Under the pieces are notes generated by a model, which saw only the letters and a program-made list of their open reading frames with translations, ran no database searches and was not told the DNA's origin. From Takakia lepidozioides (Eukaryota > Plantae > Bryophyta), in NCBI GenBank assembly GCA_030704615.1, contig CM060733.1:47368001-47432000 (forward strand): a DNA stretch of 64,000 nucleotides. Reading direction: 5' to 3'. This document shows positions 59,962 through 64,000 of the stretch, one piece after another. Positions within the stretch are counted from its first letter, which is position 1. Every line of letters starts with the position of its first letter. The position numbers were made by a program, and so were the translations under genes.

Positions 59962-62900
59962 ATGGGAGTAGCAGGTGATGTAGAAGAGTACAATGTGCAG
60001 GCCCTGTCGGAATCGCGCATGGGAGCCGTGCCTTCCGCCTTCATCCGCGCATCGCACGAGCGAGACACAATCACACCGCACGACGACTTCAGCGATGAAA
60101 TTCCAGTGATTGATCTGGCAGGCTTGGACGACGATCGAAGGGAGGCCACCATGGCTGCCATCGCCCGCGCTTGTGAGGAATGGAGCTTTTTCCAGGTGCG
60201 TACGGACATTCCAGTGCGGCCAAGACTAGTTCGTTGGCTTCTCTCGAATTTTGGTCAAGATAATGATGTGGATGCGTTGCTAAGCAGATTGTAGAGTTGG
60301 CGTTCAGTATCAGGCTTCATTCAAGCTGTCTGAATTTTTTTGTCTGAATCCCTCCCGAGGCAGTTGCCCCAGAACGAGGTTTTCAGCACTGCTGTTTTGA
60401 TGTATCCACTTAGTTCGCCATGATGAAGCTCTAACTGCATTTGTAACAGCTCTAATGCTAATCCTAAAAATGACCTGTTTCTGATGGACTAACACTAATC
60501 TTGAGAAAATCCTCATGCCTCTATGGACTGGATAAGGATGCCTTTAGGATAGACGAATTGAGAGTGACGTCAATCTGTATCTTTTGAGTAACAATGTTGG
60601 CTTTCTTTCTCTCTTTTATCATTTCCAGCATTAACGTCTGATATAAATTTGTAGCCAACATTTCAACTGCATGTCAGATGTTCTTGTCGGTAAGATTATC
60701 CTGTCAGAGTTCCTCGTACTCAATGTTGTCATGGCTTATTCAGTTAGTCTGCTCAACTGACCTTTGGCAAAGGATACAGCTGCCCAGAAAGGAATGGAAA
60801 ATGGAACTGCAACGTTCTACTTCAACCAGCAAGAGCCCCTTTTCAGCTTTTCTCTACTTGGCTACTAGCATAAATGTCAGATTGAGTGGCTGAGAGACAG
60901 TATCAAAGAATATTAATAACTGACTGACACAGAAAGAGTAGTGGTTCATTCTGAAGTGCTCTGAAACGCTCGAGGTGGAGGACTCAGATGCCAAGATCGG
61001 ACTAATACAGTCGCTTCCTGTTTTGCAGGTTGTCAACCATGGAATTCCCTTGTCATTGGTGCAAGAGGCGTACAGGGTGTCCAGGCAATTCTTTGATTTG
61101 CCTCTGGAGGAAAAGAAGAAATTGACCATGGACCCCAACATGTTGGTCCCACAAGGCTATGGCCGGCAATTTCGACAGTCGGAGAATACCACACGGGATT
61201 GGCAAGATGTACTTTTCCACTACTTCCTTCCACTCGCCCACAAGAAAATGGATTGGTGGCCTTGCAAGCCTGAGGCATACAGGTATCCTCCACGTCCATA
61301 CATTCGTCTTAAGCTTGATTCACATCTCCAATAAGCTCGAGTTGGATCATGTTGGTGTCTATCTGATGGTTTGTCATAGATAGCTGTCCTATCTTTTGGT
61401 GACCAGACATACAAAACACGACTGCAGTGAGAATCTCTGTGAACAGTCAAGTGCGTGGTTAAAGAGATTTGCAAAACTTTATAATAGGATAAAACTGTAA
61501 AATACATTTGTTAGGCACTTATTGTCTCACCAACACGTCTAAGATGTCAACCTTTGCCCCCAAGTGTGTGAGGGAAGCCAGGAAGAGATGAAATGAAACG
61601 GTACTTAATGATGTCTCTGGAAAAATCAAAGAGCTTATGGGACAACAGAAAGCAAGAAACAAGAAAGAGACAGGGGCCCTCCACAAGCAGCCCAAAAATA
61701 ACTATTGCTCTCGTGATTGTCTAAGAGTCACACCTCATGCAGGTAAGTTGCTAAAGCATTTCTGATCCTCATAATGGAAGACCTCCAGGCAAGATTGGGT
61801 ATTATGGTACAGACAATAGAATCTCATAGTAGAATCTCATAATAGAAAGGGCAGTGAAAGAAGAAATGTTCTTCACTTCAGATTTATCTGTTGTTCCCAG
61901 CGCAAGCGGGGCATAGGTGGTCACCTACCAGTCTCAATCCACAGATGTGGGAGCCCACCCTAAACCTTCCCAATGCCCTTAGGGATTTTTCTAACGTCCA
62001 CAGAAAGCTCGAAGAGCTTATGGGATAAAAGGAAGCAGGATAAGGAAGAATGTTATAATGTGGGGTCCTCAACAAGCAGCCCTAAAACAACTAACGAAGG
62101 TCAAGAGATTCAAGAAAAGTGGGGTATGTGTGGGTGGGGGGTGGAAAGTGATGAATTTGGGAAAGTCCATCAACCCATGTAGGTGAAACTGACTTGTGAT
62201 CAGTACCCTCCTTTTCGCCCCCAAAAGAACTTCCCCCCTTGTCCCCTGCCAAAATGCAAGTTTGAATGACTTATGGAAATACACGCAGGGAAGTGATGGA
62301 CAAATATGGAGGCGAAATTTTGAAATTGACAGACAGGATACTGGAGGCTCTCTCCCTACTGCTTGGATTACAGCGAACGTATCTGAAGGAAGTATTTGGT
62401 GATCCTATGCTGGCTCTACGGTTGAACTTCTACCCACCATGCCCCCAGCCCGATCTAGTCCTGGGTTTGAGGCCTCACTCAGACCCAAATGTTATGACAG
62501 TGTTGTACCAAGATGAGATAGGTGGCCTCCAAGTGAAGAAGGGCCACAAGTGGGTTGGAGTTACCCCTGTGCCAAATGCCCTTGTTGTCAATCTGGGTGA
62601 TCAACTACAGGTAAATTATCCTTTTCTTTTCTGTGTGACAACTTCATAGGGCCAGCCAAATGACAATTTGGTTACATAGCTTTGAGTGTTGATGTAAGGC
62701 GTCAATTGAAATTAGACGAGAATGAATCATCGCGATTCTGGCAAGTGCTACTGTAGCTTTGTACCTACACTAAGATGTAAGATTTGTTGCTGTGGTACTT
62801 TTTTTGTCATGCACTCTGTGTAGAGGAAAGCTGCAGAAGTAGCTTGTGGCCAGCACTATGGGCGGGAGGGCTCTGCCCACCTCTGTAGCGGTTTTCCACA

Positions 62901-63238
62901 TGAAGTCCCACCACTGAGTTTCAGGTGGACATTGTGTTAACCACTGCCAATGTGTACTTCCAGAACTGTTACTGACAGAGGTTGGGGACTAATTTGGTGG
63001 TCAGGTAGTGAGCAACAACAAGTTTCACAGTGTGGAGCATCGGGCAGTGACAAATCAAGGTGCATCCCGCCTGTCAGTGACAACTTTCTTGCATCCACAT
63101 GCCGATGCCATCCTCGGCCCAGCTCCAGAGCTTGTTGATGAAACCCACCCTGCACTCTTTGAGACCATCAATTACACTGAGTATCGCAAATCTTTTCATA
63201 AGAAGGCAGCCTTTGGAAAGACTCTGACTCCGAAGTAG
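59962..63238 (+). CDS. 2-oxoglutarate/Fe(II)-dependent dioxygenase (DOXC class; DIOX_N + 2OG-FeII_Oxy), 4 exons
   Basis: Exons 59962-60195, 61029-61282, 62289-62610, 63005-63238. IPVIDL...ACEEWSFFQ|VVNHGI; NFYPPCPQPDLVLGLRPHSDP (HxD); GGLQV; VNLGDQLQ|VVSNNKFHSVEHRA (distal His); RLS (2OG-binding RxS). Substrate cannot be assigned. Confidence 0.95.
61830..62000 (-). mobile_element. Second, more decayed copy of the same LINE zinc-knuckle fragment, in intron 2 of the dioxygenase
   Basis: Minus strand SLRALGRFRVGSHI...LCPAC...EEHFFFHCPFYYE, with stops. Confidence 0.75.
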
Positions 63239-64000
63239 AGTGCAACTTCATTTTCATTCATAAAATATGAAACAGCGGAAGTTGTGGAGGAAGAGGTGGA
63301 TGTACTGCTGTACGTGGGAATGTAGAGACACATAGGTCTTTTAGTTTACGCACAGATGAAGGAGAAACCCACTACTTCAGCATGTGGAAGTTGAGGAGGA
63401 GGGTGAAGGCACAGTTGTGGATAAAGTACATAATATATTTTTACTTTAACATGTAGTGTGTGAGCACCTCAGCACCAAAACATGTCATCTTGCAATGTTA
63501 GCAAAATGCTGTGGTGAAGAAACCCTTTGGTGTTATCTGAGACCCAAGCAGCAGGTGAATTAGAGCTCCTTTGGGAAAAGGACAATCGAGAAAGCACATG
63601 TAACTACAGTTCCAGTCATGAAAGGATGCAGACTAAAATTTCAACATGTTTGCAAAGCTCGGAGGTTTCATCATCTGTTCTGTACTCTATAGCATCTCGG
63701 GGCCTCAAAGCTATGAACCGTTCAACAGGGAAGACAACATGGCAATGAATTCAATTCCATGTGAAGTTGGCTTCCTAGTAAGACTTGTGTCCATTGAAAG
63801 AGGGCCCTATGAGGCACAGTGTCATTGCGTCTCAAAAAGGATGGTGAATGTGTGTGGATGGAAGAGATACCTGAACCTGAATGCAGATTAGACTCCCCAA
63901 ACAAGAGAGAGGTTCTCCATGAACTTAGTCTTGATGCAGTAAAGCATCATCAAGGATCACTTGTAGTTACTTGAAACCATGGATGGAGTTGAGGGCAGGA

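Overview
Eukaryotic (land-plant, probably non-seed plant; organism not determinable with certainty) nuclear DNA with GT-AG introns. The left ~28 kb is a nested transposon cluster. It holds a CACTA/En-Spm element with head-to-head TnpD and TnpA-like genes and a visible CACTA terminus at 7133, a second internally deleted CACTA, a Ty3/gypsy gag relic with an upstream ORF, intronless COR413 and GEM/GRAM gene fragments, a PIF/Harbinger transposase relic and a Mutator-like transposase fragment. Just after that fragment lies the most notable feature: a spliced gene whose C-terminal half has the motif order of a beta-class (permuted) N6-adenine/N4-cytosine DNA methyltransferase, with repeated 24-26 bp palindromes in its introns. 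The right ~35 kb is gene-dense host DNA: a 3-RRM RNA-binding protein (At4g36960-like), a GIP1/DUF1296 protein, an RHF-type RING-H2 E3 ligase with apparent lesions, a kinesin-5 and a 2OG-Fe(II) dioxygenase, plus small SINE/LINE/MITE relics. All family calls come from motif recognition by eye; no database searches were run.
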